64,000 nt of DNA, taken from positions 12,614 through 76,613 of the forward strand of contig CAWKAO010000001.1 of the NCBI GenBank assembly GCA_963847665.1, given 5' to 3'. Positions 42,433 through 53,143 of this stretch are shown here, piece by piece; the first letter of the stretch is position 1, and every line of letters starts with the position of its first letter. A program made the position numbers and the translations under genes. The notes beneath the pieces were generated by a model. The model searched no databases. It had not been told where the DNA came from and saw only the letters and a program-made list of their open reading frames with translations. Origin of the DNA: an uncultured Actinomycetes bacterium (GTDB lineage: Bacteria; Actinomycetota; Humimicrobiia; Humimicrobiales; Humimicrobiaceae).

Positions 42433-42470
42433 AATGTTATTCTCACAAATACAGAAAATAATTATTCCAG

Positions 42471-43412
42471 ATGAAAAACAGTGAACAGCTAAAATTGCTT
42501 ATGAAGATATCAAGGTTGTATTACCTTGAAAATAAAAACCAGAACGAGATATCTGACAGGCTTAATATATCGAGGACTAAAGTATCAAGATATCTTTCAA
42601 AGGCAAAAAAAGAAAAGATCGTAGAAATTAAAATAAATTCTCCGAGAGAAAGATTTGACGAACTTGAAGATAGAATAGAAAAGCTCTTTAATCTGAAGGA
42701 ATGTATAATCGTTCCTTCAGATGATGATAAAAGAGAAGTCTACCTAAATATGGCGTCCTCACTTGCAGGACTTTTGGACAGGATATTAAAAGAGGGGGAG
42801 CTGCTTGGTGTCGGTTGGGGCAATACGTTAAAGTCTGTTGCAAGTTTTATTGAACCTGAAAGAAGGATCAATATAAAGGTCATACCGCTTCTTGGTGGCC
42901 TTGGTAAAACTGGTATTGAGATCCATACAAACTCTGTTGCAAAGACTCTGGCAGACAAATATGGCGGACAGAGCTTTGTAATCCATTCACCTGCAGTAGT
43001 TGACAGTGAAGAGGCAAAAGAAGTACTGATGAAAGATTCCAGCGTTAGCGAGATCTTTGAGATGTTTGACGGTATCAGTACTGCAATAATTGGTATGAGT
43101 GATATAGGACAGGACTCGACAATGATCAAGACCGGTAATTTTAAACAGAACGATTTCAAATATCTCTCAGGTCTCGGTGTTGCTGGAGATATAAACCTTA
43201 TTTTTATTGATAATGAAGGCAACCCGATAAAAAGCGAGCTTGATGATAGGATCGTAAGGGCACCATTGGAAAAAATAAAAAGAATAAAAAATGTTATAGG
43301 GGTTTCTTTTGGATTAAATAAAACCGGTGTTATAACAGGTGCATTAAAAGGCAAAATAATAAATATCCTGATAACAGATGAATCAACTGCAAATGAGATA
43401 TTAAAAAACTGA
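42471..43412 (+). CDS. SorC/DeoR-family sugar-binding transcriptional regulator
   Basis: N-terminal HTH (ISDRLNISRTKVSRYL) and a C-terminal sugar-binding CggR/SorC domain. Confidence 0.8.
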   Translation: MKNSEQLKLLMKISRLYYLENKNQNEISDRLNISRTKVSRYLSKAKKEKIVEIKINSPRERFDELEDRIEKLFNLKECIIVPSDDDKREVYLNMASSLAGLLDRILKEGELLGVGWGNTLKSVASFIEPERRINIKVIPLLGGLGKTGIEIHTNSVAKTLADKYGGQSFVIHSPAVVDSEEAKEVLMKDSSVSEIFEMFDGISTAIIGMSDIGQDSTMIKTGNFKQNDFKYLSGLGVAGDINLIFIDNEGNPIKSELDDRIVRAPLEKIKRIKNVIGVSFGLNKTGVITGALKGKIINILITDESTANEILKN

Positions 43413-43431
43413 TAAAAAGGAGTGATAACAA

Positions 43432-44442
43432 TTGGCTGAAAAAAAGCTCGTGATCGACGGGCACAAAATAGAGGATAGTTTTAAAGACCTTGATAAAAAT
43501 ATAAAGATCGAAATGCTTAAAAAAATGTATGAGATAAGGCATTTTGAAGCGGCGACAGAACAGTTTATCATCAGGGGTAAGATACACGGGACCTGTCATC
43601 TTTATGTAGGTGAAGAAGCAACTGCAGTGGGCACTATTTATGCTATTGAAAAAACAGATTACATTACCTCCACCCATAGGGGACATGGCCACTGTATTGC
43701 CAAAGGTGCAAGCCTCGACCTTATGATGGCAGAACTGCTGGGAAAAGAGACAGGCTATTGCAAGGGAAAAGGTGGATCGATGCATATTGCGGATGTCACA
43801 ACCGGGAATCTGGGGGCAAACGGAATCGTCGGAGGGAGTATCGATATCGCCACTGGTGCTGCACTCACATGCAAGATGAAAGAGAAAGAAAAAATAGTGG
43901 CATGTTTTTTCGGAGATGGTGCGGCAAACCGCGGTAATTTTCACGGTGCCTTAAACATGTCGTCTATCTGGGATCTTCCTATCATATATGTATGTGAAAA
44001 TAATCAGTATGGTATGTCGATGCCTGTAAAAGAAGCTTTTAATATAAAAAGAATATCTGACAGGAAGTGTGCCTATAATATTGAGGGACTGACAATAGAT
44101 GGAAATAATATAGTTGAAGTGTATAACACTATAAGACATTTCAGTGATTATTGCAGGAACGGAAATGGACCTGTAATCGTAGAATGCCTGACATATAGAT
44201 GGAAAGGTCATTCGAAAAGTGATGCACAGGTCTACAGGTCAAAAGAAGAGGTCAGGGAATGGGTAGAAAAGGACCCAATACCTCGGTTCAAAAAAGTGCT
44301 TTTGGATGAAGGCATAATAACTGATAAAGACGATAAAGACATCGAGGAGGCTGTAAAGACAGAAATCGAAAATGCTTCCAGATTTGCAGATGAAAGTCCT
44401 TTCCCTGAGGCTTCTGAAGTAGAGGAGGATGTATATGCGTGA
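43432..44442 (+). CDS. TPP-dependent 2-oxoacid (acetoin/pyruvate) dehydrogenase E1 alpha subunit
   Basis: GDGA.N.G TPP motif in FFGDGAANRGNF; YR..GHS. Confidence 0.85.
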   Translation: MAEKKLVIDGHKIEDSFKDLDKNIKIEMLKKMYEIRHFEAATEQFIIRGKIHGTCHLYVGEEATAVGTIYAIEKTDYITSTHRGHGHCIAKGASLDLMMAELLGKETGYCKGKGGSMHIADVTTGNLGANGIVGGSIDIATGAALTCKMKEKEKIVACFFGDGAANRGNFHGALNMSSIWDLPIIYVCENNQYGMSMPVKEAFNIKRISDRKCAYNIEGLTIDGNNIVEVYNTIRHFSDYCRNGNGPVIVECLTYRWKGHSKSDAQVYRSKEEVREWVEKDPIPRFKKVLLDEGIITDKDDKDIEEAVKTEIENASRFADESPFPEASEVEEDVYA

Positions 44443-45424
44443 ATTGACTTACCTTGAAGCAATAAGGGAAACTATGTTGCAGATGATGAGGAAAGATCCT
44501 GACGTCTTTCTTATAGGGGAAGATGTGGCAGAATATGGAGGAGCTTTTGGTGTTTCTGTCGGAATGCTTGAAGAATTTGGGAAAGAAAGGATAATAAACA
44601 GTCCAATATCGGAAGATGCTCTTATAGGTGTAGCAACAGGTTGCGCCGTTACAGGTATGCGACCGATAGTTGAAATAATGTTTTCTGATTTCCTGACCAT
44701 ATCTATGGATGAGATCGCTAATCAGGCAGCAAAAATACGGTATATGTTCGGTGGCAAAGCGGCGGTGCCAATGGTGTTAAGGACAGCCGGAGGAGGCGGC
44801 ACCGGTGCAGCTGGACAGCATTCACAGAGCCTGGAAGCCCTTGTTGCGCATATTCCCGGGCTTAAAGTAGTAATGCCTTCATGTCCTTATGATGCAAAGG
44901 GCCTTCTTGTCTCGTCGATAAAAGACAATAATCCTGTTATTTTCATCGAGCATAAACTGCTCTATAAAAATAAAAAATATGTACAAGACGTTCCTGAGGA
45001 ACTTTATGAAATACCTCTCGGATCTGCAGATATAAAAAGAAAAGGCAGCAACGTAACTGTTGTTGCAGCATCCTTTATGGTCAAGAAAGCTCTTGAAGTG
45101 GCGGATATTTTAAGCAGTGAAGAAGGTATTGAATGCGAAGTCGTGGACCTGAGGACCTTAAAACCACTTGATATCGGTCCTGTGCTGGACTCTGTCAAGA
45201 AAACTAGCAGGCTTCTCTGTGTAGAAGAAGCATGCGGGTTTGGAGGGTTCATGGGCGAAGTAGTTTCACAGGTAGTTGAAAAAGGATTTGACTTGTTAGA
45301 CGGTCCTATCCTAAGGGTCTCAGGCAGAAACTGCCCGGTCCCGTACAGCCTTAACCTGGAAAATGAGATGATACCCAGCCATGACAGGATAAAACAGGGC
45401 ATTATGGATGTTTTAAATTCGTGA
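44429..45424 (+). CDS. 2-oxoacid dehydrogenase E1 beta subunit
   Basis: Transketolase-like Pyr and C domains; overlaps E1 alpha by 14 nt. Confidence 0.85.
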   Translation: MYMRELTYLEAIRETMLQMMRKDPDVFLIGEDVAEYGGAFGVSVGMLEEFGKERIINSPISEDALIGVATGCAVTGMRPIVEIMFSDFLTISMDEIANQAAKIRYMFGGKAAVPMVLRTAGGGGTGAAGQHSQSLEALVAHIPGLKVVMPSCPYDAKGLLVSSIKDNNPVIFIEHKLLYKNKKYVQDVPEELYEIPLGSADIKRKGSNVTVVAASFMVKKALEVADILSSEEGIECEVVDLRTLKPLDIGPVLDSVKKTSRLLCVEEACGFGGFMGEVVSQVVEKGFDLLDGPILRVSGRNCPVPYSLNLENEMIPSHDRIKQGIMDVLNS

Positions 45425-45541
45425 TCTTTAAGCTTTATAGCCCTAAAAATACTGGTAATAATGAAGTCTATTTATTATAGTTATAGAATATTTTATTTTT
45501 TACCATACATAAGATTTTACTGATTTTTATTAGGAGACAGG

Positions 45542-47566
45542 ATGCCTGTAATAGATTCTGCTTCTGGTGCAGTTTTAAATGATCCCCGTATAGAGGAACT
45601 GCAGCAAATAGCAAAAAAAATAAGATGGTATTCAATGATAGCTATCAGTGCTGCAGGCTCCGGACACACAGGTGGCACCATGTCTGTTATCGACATAGCA
45701 GCGGCTCTTTATTTTAAGAAAATAAATCATGACCCGAAGAATCCTGAATGGGAAAAAAGGGACCGGGTATTCTGGTCAGCTGGCCACAAGGCGCCAGCGC
45801 TCTATGCTTCACTCGGGCTTTCAGGGTATTTTGAAATCGATGAAATAGTAAATCTGAGGCGCCTGTTTTCAGGATTTGAAGGACATCCAAACAGGTTTAA
45901 ATTGCCTGGTATAGAAGCCTCCTCGGGCTCGCTCGGGCAGGGGCTCGGTATTGCAGTCGGATCTGCATTAAATGCCAAGCTTGATGGGATGGTCTACAGG
46001 GTCTTTTGCATTCTGGGTGACGGTGAACTTGATGAAGGCAGCGTATGGGAAGCTGCAATGTCTGCGTCCCATTACAGGCTGGATAATCTGTTTGCCATAG
46101 TCGATAGAAATAATCTACAGATCGATGGTTTTACAAGTGAAGTCATGGAAATAGAACCCATAGCAAAAAAATGGCAGTCTTTTGGCTGGAATGTTGCAGA
46201 ATGTGATGGCCACAATATCGAAGACATTTTAAAAGAACTGGACAAGTTTGAAAAAATAAAAGGGAAGCCCAGCATCCTCATCGCAAAAACAGTCAAGGGA
46301 AAGTGCGTTTCTTTTGCAGAAAATGTCTGTGCATATCACGGGATGCCCCCAAAGGACGGCAAGAGCGGCGAAGAATCTTTAGAAAAAGCCCTCCAGGATA
46401 TTGCTTGCAGGGAAATGACTACAGAAAAACTGGAGGAACTGTTGGAAAGAAACAGGAAATACCAGGATAAGATAGATAAAAAAATAATTGGCCTGGTACC
46501 GGTGTTTTCAGAAGATTATTTCTGGAACGTCCAGGATAATATGAAAGTAGAAATGATCCCAAACCGTTCGGGATTTGGAACAACTCTTGAAGAAATAGGA
46601 GATGATCCAAGAGTGGTGGCACTTGGTGCTGATATAACTGATTCTATAAAAATGAGTTCCTTTTATTTAGGTCATCCTGAGAGAAAACCGAGGTTTTTTT
46701 CAATGGGGATTGCTGAACAGAACATGACTGCTGTAGCAGCAGGTCTAGCAAAAGAAGGTAAGATACCATTTATCGGGTCCTATGGCGTATTTATAACCGG
46801 CAGGAACTGGGATCAATTAAGGACCACTGTCTGCTATAACAATTATAATGTCAAAATAGTCGATGCTCATGGGGGAATTTCAGTCGGGCCCGACGGCGCC
46901 ACTCATCAGGCGCTCGAAGATATATCAAACCTCTACTACCTGCCAAATATGCATATTGTTGTACCATGTGATAGTATTGAGGCACAAAAAGCGACAAAGG
47001 CTATTGCTGCGATCACAGGTCCTGCTGCAATAAGGCTTGCAAGGGAAGCTACACCAGTTGTGACAAAAAACGGCACCCCCTTTGAATTCGGAAAAGCAAA
47101 TATTATCAGATACAGAAAAAAGTCTGAAAATTTTAAGGATGGATTTGAGATGATTGTTTCAGATAAGTATAGATCGGAGAATGAGGACCTTTCAATAATA
47201 GCATGCGGACCGGTAGTTGCAGAAGCTATGAGGGCAGCGTATATCTTAAGGGAAGAGGAAGGATTTGAAGTAAGGGTAATAAATGTCCACACTGTTAAAC
47301 CAATCGACAGGGCAGCAGTCATCAATGCTGCTAAACAGACCAGGCTCGTAATAACGGTGGAAGAACATCAAAAGGGTGGTTTCGGAAACATAGTAGCAGG
47401 GATCTTGATGGAGGGAAAAGCTTTAGATCAGCCTGTAAAAATGAAGATGATGGGAGTTGATGACAGGTTTGGTGAATCTGGACAGCCTTGGGAACTCATG
47501 AAGTTGTTTGGATTGACTGCTGAATTTATTGTAAAAAATGCATTGGGACTTTTAGGTAGACCCTGA
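45542..47566 (+). CDS. tkt: Transketolase (full-length, 674 aa)
   Basis: GSGHTGG..S, GDGELDEG TPP motif, GPDGATHQ Pyr domain, and a C-terminal domain. Confidence 0.8.
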   Translation: MPVIDSASGAVLNDPRIEELQQIAKKIRWYSMIAISAAGSGHTGGTMSVIDIAAALYFKKINHDPKNPEWEKRDRVFWSAGHKAPALYASLGLSGYFEIDEIVNLRRLFSGFEGHPNRFKLPGIEASSGSLGQGLGIAVGSALNAKLDGMVYRVFCILGDGELDEGSVWEAAMSASHYRLDNLFAIVDRNNLQIDGFTSEVMEIEPIAKKWQSFGWNVAECDGHNIEDILKELDKFEKIKGKPSILIAKTVKGKCVSFAENVCAYHGMPPKDGKSGEESLEKALQDIACREMTTEKLEELLERNRKYQDKIDKKIIGLVPVFSEDYFWNVQDNMKVEMIPNRSGFGTTLEEIGDDPRVVALGADITDSIKMSSFYLGHPERKPRFFSMGIAEQNMTAVAAGLAKEGKIPFIGSYGVFITGRNWDQLRTTVCYNNYNVKIVDAHGGISVGPDGATHQALEDISNLYYLPNMHIVVPCDSIEAQKATKAIAAITGPAAIRLAREATPVVTKNGTPFEFGKANIIRYRKKSENFKDGFEMIVSDKYRSENEDLSIIACGPVVAEAMRAAYILREEEGFEVRVINVHTVKPIDRAAVINAAKQTRLVITVEEHQKGGFGNIVAGILMEGKALDQPVKMKMMGVDDRFGESGQPWELMKLFGLTAEFIVKNALGLLGRP

Positions 47567-47698
47567 AGCCAGATCAAAAAAGACCTGAGACAAAAATATT
47601 GATTATAAATGATAAATAAATTAATATTAAAACTGCAATAAAATAAATACTATGCAATTTTTTTCAGTATTAGTATTATCAAGAAAGGATATATAAAT

Positions 47699-49141
47699 AT
47701 GCATGAGGTAATAATGCCCAAACTCGGTCTTACCATGGAAACAGGGACAATAGAGAAATGGCATAAAAAAGAAGGCGACAGCGTAAGTGAAGGCGAGGTC
47801 CTTTTTGAAGTCATGACAGATAAGGTGAGCCTTGAGGTAGAATCTTATAATGCAGGCACTCTATTAAAGATATTAAGAAAAGAAGGGGACGAGGTGCCCG
47901 TGACAGAAGTAATAGCTTATATAGGTAAAGCGGATGAAAAAATACCTGGAGCAACCGGTCCAGAGCCTGACCAGCCTGAAAAAGTTCCTGAAAAGGTATC
48001 TGCGGAACCAGCTAAAGAACAGACTGGAAGCGGACAAGCAGGCGCTACTTCTGATACAATCCCAAAAAAAGATCGGAGGGATATAAAAATATCACCTCTG
48101 GCCAGAAGGCTTGCTGAATCAAAAGGTATAGATATATCGCAGGTCACAGGAACCGGTCCCGGTGGAAGGATAGTCCGTGAAGATATTGAAAATTATAAAG
48201 GAAATGCTTCAATAGTAAGCGAACAGGGAACATCCGGAAGAATAAAAATATCTCCTCTTGCAAAAAGGCTCGCATCTGAGTTATCAGTAGATATAACATC
48301 TGTCACAGGGACGGGTCCAGGTGGAAGAATAGTAAAGGAAGATATTGAAAAAGCAGCAGTTGAAAAACCCGCTGCCTCACAGGCAACTGCTTCAACAGAA
48401 GCAGCAATAAAAGAACCTGTTACCATATCAATTCCAAAAGCTGCCGCCAAGATCCTGTCAAGTGTGCCGCTTAAAGGTATAAGAAAAGTAATAGCTGATC
48501 GCCTTACATATTCTAAGCAGAATATACCCCATATTATTTCGACAGTTATCATAGATGTAGGATCGCTTGTAGATATAAGGGAGAAGATAAAGGAAAGAGT
48601 CTTAAATGTCTATAAAGTCAAGCTGACTGTGACCGACTTTATAATAAAAGCAGTTTCAATGGTACTTTCTGAACAAAAAGTCATAAATGCATCCCTTCTT
48701 GATGGCGAACATATAATATACGACGACGTAAACGTAGGTCTTGCGGTCGCAACAGATGCCGGTCTAATCGTCCCTACAATATACGGAGCTGACAGGCTAT
48801 CCCTTTTTGACATTGCCAGGATGAGAGCGGAACTTGTCGAAAAAACAAAAAGTTCAAAACTTAAAATGGAAGAGATCTCAAATGGGACCTTTACAATATC
48901 AAACCTCGGGATGTTTGGAGTAAGAAACTTTACAGCTATTATAAATCCACCACAGGGTGCTATCCTGATGGTCGGGGAAATATATAAAGACCCCTGTGTA
49001 AAGGATGACAGGATAACTGTGGGCACTTTCATGCAGATCTCGCTTGCCGTTGACCACAGGATAATAGATGGCGCAGACGGGGCAAAATATCTTGCAAGGT
49101 TAAAAGAACTCCTCCAGAGTCCGGAATTGCTATTGATATAG
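47699..49141 (+). CDS. Dihydrolipoamide acyltransferase E2 with one lipoyl domain, two peripheral-subunit-binding domains and a catalytic domain
   Basis: Lipoyl EVMTDKV; two PSBD copies ISPLARRLA...GTGPGGRIV; catalytic DHRIIDGA. Confidence 0.85.
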   Translation: MHEVIMPKLGLTMETGTIEKWHKKEGDSVSEGEVLFEVMTDKVSLEVESYNAGTLLKILRKEGDEVPVTEVIAYIGKADEKIPGATGPEPDQPEKVPEKVSAEPAKEQTGSGQAGATSDTIPKKDRRDIKISPLARRLAESKGIDISQVTGTGPGGRIVREDIENYKGNASIVSEQGTSGRIKISPLAKRLASELSVDITSVTGTGPGGRIVKEDIEKAAVEKPAASQATASTEAAIKEPVTISIPKAAAKILSSVPLKGIRKVIADRLTYSKQNIPHIISTVIIDVGSLVDIREKIKERVLNVYKVKLTVTDFIIKAVSMVLSEQKVINASLLDGEHIIYDDVNVGLAVATDAGLIVPTIYGADRLSLFDIARMRAELVEKTKSSKLKMEEISNGTFTISNLGMFGVRNFTAIINPPQGAILMVGEIYKDPCVKDDRITVGTFMQISLAVDHRIIDGADGAKYLARLKELLQSPELLLI

Positions 49142-49211
49142 AAATAAAGTAATAATATTCTAAAAATCAAATATATCACATGTAATGATCTGAAACTTAA
49201 GAGTTATTATT

Positions 49212-49562
49212 ATGAAGGATGAAATAACAAAAATAACGTTGTTCTGTGTAAACTGTAATGAGGAAACTAACCATACAGTCCAATATATAGGAAGCTATTT
49301 AAGGAGTATTTCTTGTGACGAATGCAGCAAAAAAGTCGAGATAGATAGAAGGCATCTAAGGACTGTTTTTGCAGAGGATTTTATTGACAGGATTCTTACC
49401 AAACCACACAGGGTAAATGAGGATATGAAAAAAGCATTTGCAACGCTTGTACCATTTTTCCCCAAGCGTCTTATCCGAGAACCCCTGCAGGTTTTAAGGG
49501 AGATCTATTCAATATTGAAAAAGGATACAGATAAGAACAATAAAAAAAGTAATAAAAATTAG
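49212..49562 (+). CDS. Zinc-ribbon protein of unknown function
   Basis: CVNCN...x19...CDECS. The 116-aa ORF has a Lys-rich tail. Confidence 0.4.
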   Translation: MKDEITKITLFCVNCNEETNHTVQYIGSYLRSISCDECSKKVEIDRRHLRTVFAEDFIDRILTKPHRVNEDMKKAFATLVPFFPKRLIREPLQVLREIYSILKKDTDKNNKKSNKN

Positions 49563-49588
49563 CGGCCCTTAAAACCCTGGTTAGATAC

Positions 49589-50290
49589 TTACAGGGTTCT
49601 AATATCCAGGAGCTCTATATTAAAAATATTTCTAAACTTTTTTAAGACAAGTTCTTTGACATCTGAAACAGGCACTTCATTACCTGTGATTTTTTTTAAG
49701 GAAGTCTGCTCATGTTCCTTTAATCCGCACGCGACAATGTTGCTGAAATAATCCAGGGATACGTTAATATTGAGTGAAAAACCGTGCATGGTGATCCATT
49801 TTTTTACATGCAGACCGACAGATGCTATTTTGTTGTTCCCTACAAAAACACCGCGTATTTTGTCGATACGGTTTCCTTCGATTCCATATTCTTCGAGTGT
49901 ATCAATTATCACCTGTTCAAGGTTAAAGACAAAGGTACTGAGATCTTTTCCAAATCTTGTAAGGTCAAATATTGGATAACAGACAAGCTGCCCTGGCCCA
50001 TGGAAAGTTATATCTCCACCCCTGTTTGATTCGATCAGTTTGATATTATTTTCTGCCAGTGTCTTGTCATCTGATAAAAGGTTTTTCCTGTTCTTATTGT
50101 TACCTATAGTTATAACCGGAAGATGTTCAAGCAGTAGTATCACTCCCGGAACACATTCACCTCTGACAAGCTCAAAGAGCTTTAACTGTAGTTCATAAGC
50201 ATTGCTGTAACTTATTTTTCCAGTATCATAAAATATGATTTTGGAGGTGCCCCTGTTTTTTTCAATACTTCTGATTAACCTGCTGTGCAT
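49589..50290 (-). CDS. lipB: Octanoyltransferase LipB
   Basis: LLLEHLPVITIG, RGGDITFHGPGQLV and KIASVG motifs. Confidence 0.85.
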   Translation of the reverse strand: MHSRLIRSIEKNRGTSKIIFYDTGKISYSNAYELQLKLFELVRGECVPGVILLLEHLPVITIGNNKNRKNLLSDDKTLAENNIKLIESNRGGDITFHGPGQLVCYPIFDLTRFGKDLSTFVFNLEQVIIDTLEEYGIEGNRIDKIRGVFVGNNKIASVGLHVKKWITMHGFSLNINVSLDYFSNIVACGLKEHEQTSLKKITGNEVPVSDVKELVLKKFRNIFNIELLDIRTL

Positions 50291-50408
50291 AAATAATAAT
50301 ATCAGTTAAAATATTTGAGTTTTATAGTATTTTAATTAAAATTACTTCAAAATTATAGGATTAAATATCATATTTACAATCTTTAAAACCAGATCTTTAT
50401 TTTAAGGA

Positions 50409-51812
50409 GTGAACCAAATGGAAACAAAAACAGCTAAACTTGCAGTACTGGGCGGGGGACCAGGTGGTTATGTCGCAGCGATCAGGGCCTCAAAATTGGG
50501 AATAAATACAATTGTGATAGAAAAAGAAAACCTTGGCGGCACCTGCCTTAACTGGGGATGCATACCGACAAAAGCTCTTTTTCATGCTGCAGAAAAAATA
50601 GAGGATATTAAGAAATCAGATATCTTTGGGATAATTGTGCCTGATTTTTCTTTTGACTTTAAAAAGATCATGGAAAGAAAGGATAAGGTAGTAACTGCCC
50701 AGAGACAGGGTCTTGGTTTTCATTTCAAGAAAAATCAGATCGAGTTGATAAACGGAACGGGAAGGCTCATATCTAAAAATCAGATCGAAGTAGATACTGC
50801 AGAAGGTACAAAAATAGAAGTCAGTGCTGACAACATAATTATTGCAACTGGATCAGTTGCAGGAAGTGTTCCTCCATTTATCCTTGATGGTGATGGGATC
50901 ATCGATAATGTTGGAATATTATCTCTAACCAGCGTTCCCGAATCGCTTCTGATCGTTGGCGGTGGAGTCATCGGTTCTGAATTTGCAAATATCTTCAGTT
51001 CCTTTGGGAGCAAAGTAACGATGGTAGAAATACTGCCAAGAATACTATCGACTGAAGACGAGGATGTTTCGAAAGTCATCGAAAAATCATTAAAGAAAAA
51101 AGGTGTAAAGATACTTACAGATACAGTAGCTGAAAAAGTAAGCAAGAAAGACGGAAAGTTTGTATGCACGCTGAAAGGTGGCGAAGAAATCATATGCGAT
51201 AAGATACTTATATCAGTCGGAAGGAAACCGCTGTCATCCGGGATAGGTCTTGAGGCTGCAGGTGTCCAGACAACAGAAAAGGGCTTTATAAAAGTCGATG
51301 CTGGTCTAAGGACTAATATAGATAATATTTTTGCTGTAGGAGATATTACAGGTGGATTACAACTTGCCCATGTTGCTTCAGAGGAAGGCAAGATTGCTGC
51401 AGAAATAATATCAGGAAAAAATAAAGTGATGGATTACAGAGTAATACCATGGGCAGTGTTTACTTCTCCAGAGATCGGGACGGTAGGGTTAAACGAAGCT
51501 CAGGCAAAGCAAAAAGGATATAATGTATGCCATGGTATATTTCCATTTTCAAACAGCGGAAAAGCCTTTATCACAGGGGAGACTGAAGGATTTATCAAGA
51601 TCGTCAATGACAAGGATACGGGGGAGATACTAGGTGCCCAGATGGTCGGCCCAAGGTGCTCGGATCTTGTCCATGAGGTTGCAGTAGCAATGAAGGGTGA
51701 AATGTTGGTCGACGACCTTGCAGAAACAGTCCATTCCCACCCTACCCTTTCTGAAGCCGTGATGGAAGCAGCTGAAGACTGTTTTGGAATAGCTACCCAC
51801 ATAAGCAGATGA
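50409..51812 (+). CDS. lpdA: Dihydrolipoyl dehydrogenase (E3)
   Basis: GGGPGGY, redox-active GGTCLNWGCIPTK disulfide, C-terminal HPTLSE. Confidence 0.92.
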   Translation: MNQMETKTAKLAVLGGGPGGYVAAIRASKLGINTIVIEKENLGGTCLNWGCIPTKALFHAAEKIEDIKKSDIFGIIVPDFSFDFKKIMERKDKVVTAQRQGLGFHFKKNQIELINGTGRLISKNQIEVDTAEGTKIEVSADNIIIATGSVAGSVPPFILDGDGIIDNVGILSLTSVPESLLIVGGGVIGSEFANIFSSFGSKVTMVEILPRILSTEDEDVSKVIEKSLKKKGVKILTDTVAEKVSKKDGKFVCTLKGGEEIICDKILISVGRKPLSSGIGLEAAGVQTTEKGFIKVDAGLRTNIDNIFAVGDITGGLQLAHVASEEGKIAAEIISGKNKVMDYRVIPWAVFTSPEIGTVGLNEAQAKQKGYNVCHGIFPFSNSGKAFITGETEGFIKIVNDKDTGEILGAQMVGPRCSDLVHEVAVAMKGEMLVDDLAETVHSHPTLSEAVMEAAEDCFGIATHISR

Positions 51813-52595
51813 TTAAATTACTTGTTACGGATGTCGATGGCACACTTCTTGACGATAATTCTGAGATCACCACATTAAATAAGCAGGCGCTGTTTGATTG
51901 CCAGAAAAAAGGGATACAGATAATTCTTGCAACCGGAAAATCAATAGGTGCCGTATTGCCGATAATTGAGTTATTCGGGCTTAAGTTACCCCAGATCACT
52001 CTTAATGGCTCTGTAACTGTAGACGATTCTTTAAATGTTATAAACGCAGTTACGATCAATCCAGTATATTATTATACCCTGGTGCAGACTATAAAAGCTA
52101 AGGGTTATATACCGTTAGTCGCAAGGCCTGATGGAAAGATATTTTATGAGAAATATGATACCGTACTTGGATGTTTTTAAAAAAATAAATGAACCGATCT
52201 TCAAGATTGAAAATATCGAGACAGAAGAATTTGCCCGGAATTGTGTTGCTGTAAGTGTTCCAGTAAAAGAAGACGACCCGCTTGATAGTTATCTTAGGGC
52301 TAAATTCTCTGATTTAATGCAGATTGTAAGATCAGGTGAGTATTTTTTTGATATTCTGGATAAAAAAGCTACAAAGGGTAATGCACTGCAACTCATATGT
52401 GAAAAATTTGGTTATAAGAAAGAAGATGTAGTTGTTTTCGGAGACAGCTACAATGATCTAAGTATGTTTGAATTTGCCGGGTTTACAGTGGCAGTTAAAA
52501 ATTCTTACACGGAAGTCCTAAAAAGAGCTGACCATATCACAGATTCAAATAATGAGAGTGGCCTTGCCAAAGCCATATACAGATATATTTTATGA
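51809..52595 (+). CDS. Cof-type HAD-IIB hydrolase, frameshifted near 52140-52180 in an A/T-rich run
   Basis: DVDGTLL in the N-terminal ORF; GDSYNDLSMF in the C-terminal ORF (52131-52595). Confidence 0.7.
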
Positions 52596-52730
52596 AGCGC
52601 ATCAGGTTTGAAGTCAATTCTTCTATTTTGTCTTTAAAACTTAATATTTCTTCAAAAATAAAGAGTTCGAAATGCATTTACTAGGAGTGGGCCAGCCAGT
52701 TTTCTCAAAATAAGAACTTATTAATAATAT

Positions 52731-53105
52731 TTATCTGTCGCACTTTAATATCACTTCAAATTTTTTCCTGGTTCTACCGACAATCTCTAATGCAGCGGTA
52801 AGTTTTGATGCAGCATCCATAAAGACCTTCATTTTTTCATTATCATCAAGAGCAAGCAGATTTCCTCCTTCAAATATTTTAGTCTGGCATACCACTTTTG
52901 TCCTGGGATTAAAATCCTTGTCATACACACACTCTATGAATTTTGTATCATCATTTGACTCTATATAATTACAGGGCGCATCAATTGTTACTTTTATTCT
53001 GTCTTTATTGCCGCAGTGCGCTATCTCTTCAATCATAAAAGTCGTTAATTTTCCACCTGGGTGAGTAGTAATAAAAGCAACAGGATATTTAGTTTTTTCA
53101 TTCAT
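52731..53105 (-). CDS. Hypothetical protein
   Basis: Start moved to the ATG of MNEKTKY, which follows AAGGAGGA. Last gene of the FNT-VOC operon. Confidence 0.45.
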   Translation of the reverse strand: MNEKTKYPVAFITTHPGGKLTTFMIEEIAHCGNKDRIKVTIDAPCNYIESNDDTKFIECVYDKDFNPRTKVVCQTKIFEGGNLLALDDNEKMKVFMDAASKLTAALEIVGRTRKKFEVILKCDR

Positions 53106-53143
53106 TAAATCCTCCTTTATCTTACTTTTTAAATTAATAAAAT

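Noticed and set aside
42740-43944. Two about 204-aa minus-strand ORFs opposite the SorC regulator and E1 alpha genes
   Set aside because: They are antisense to genes with clear family motifs, and their translations are low-complexity.
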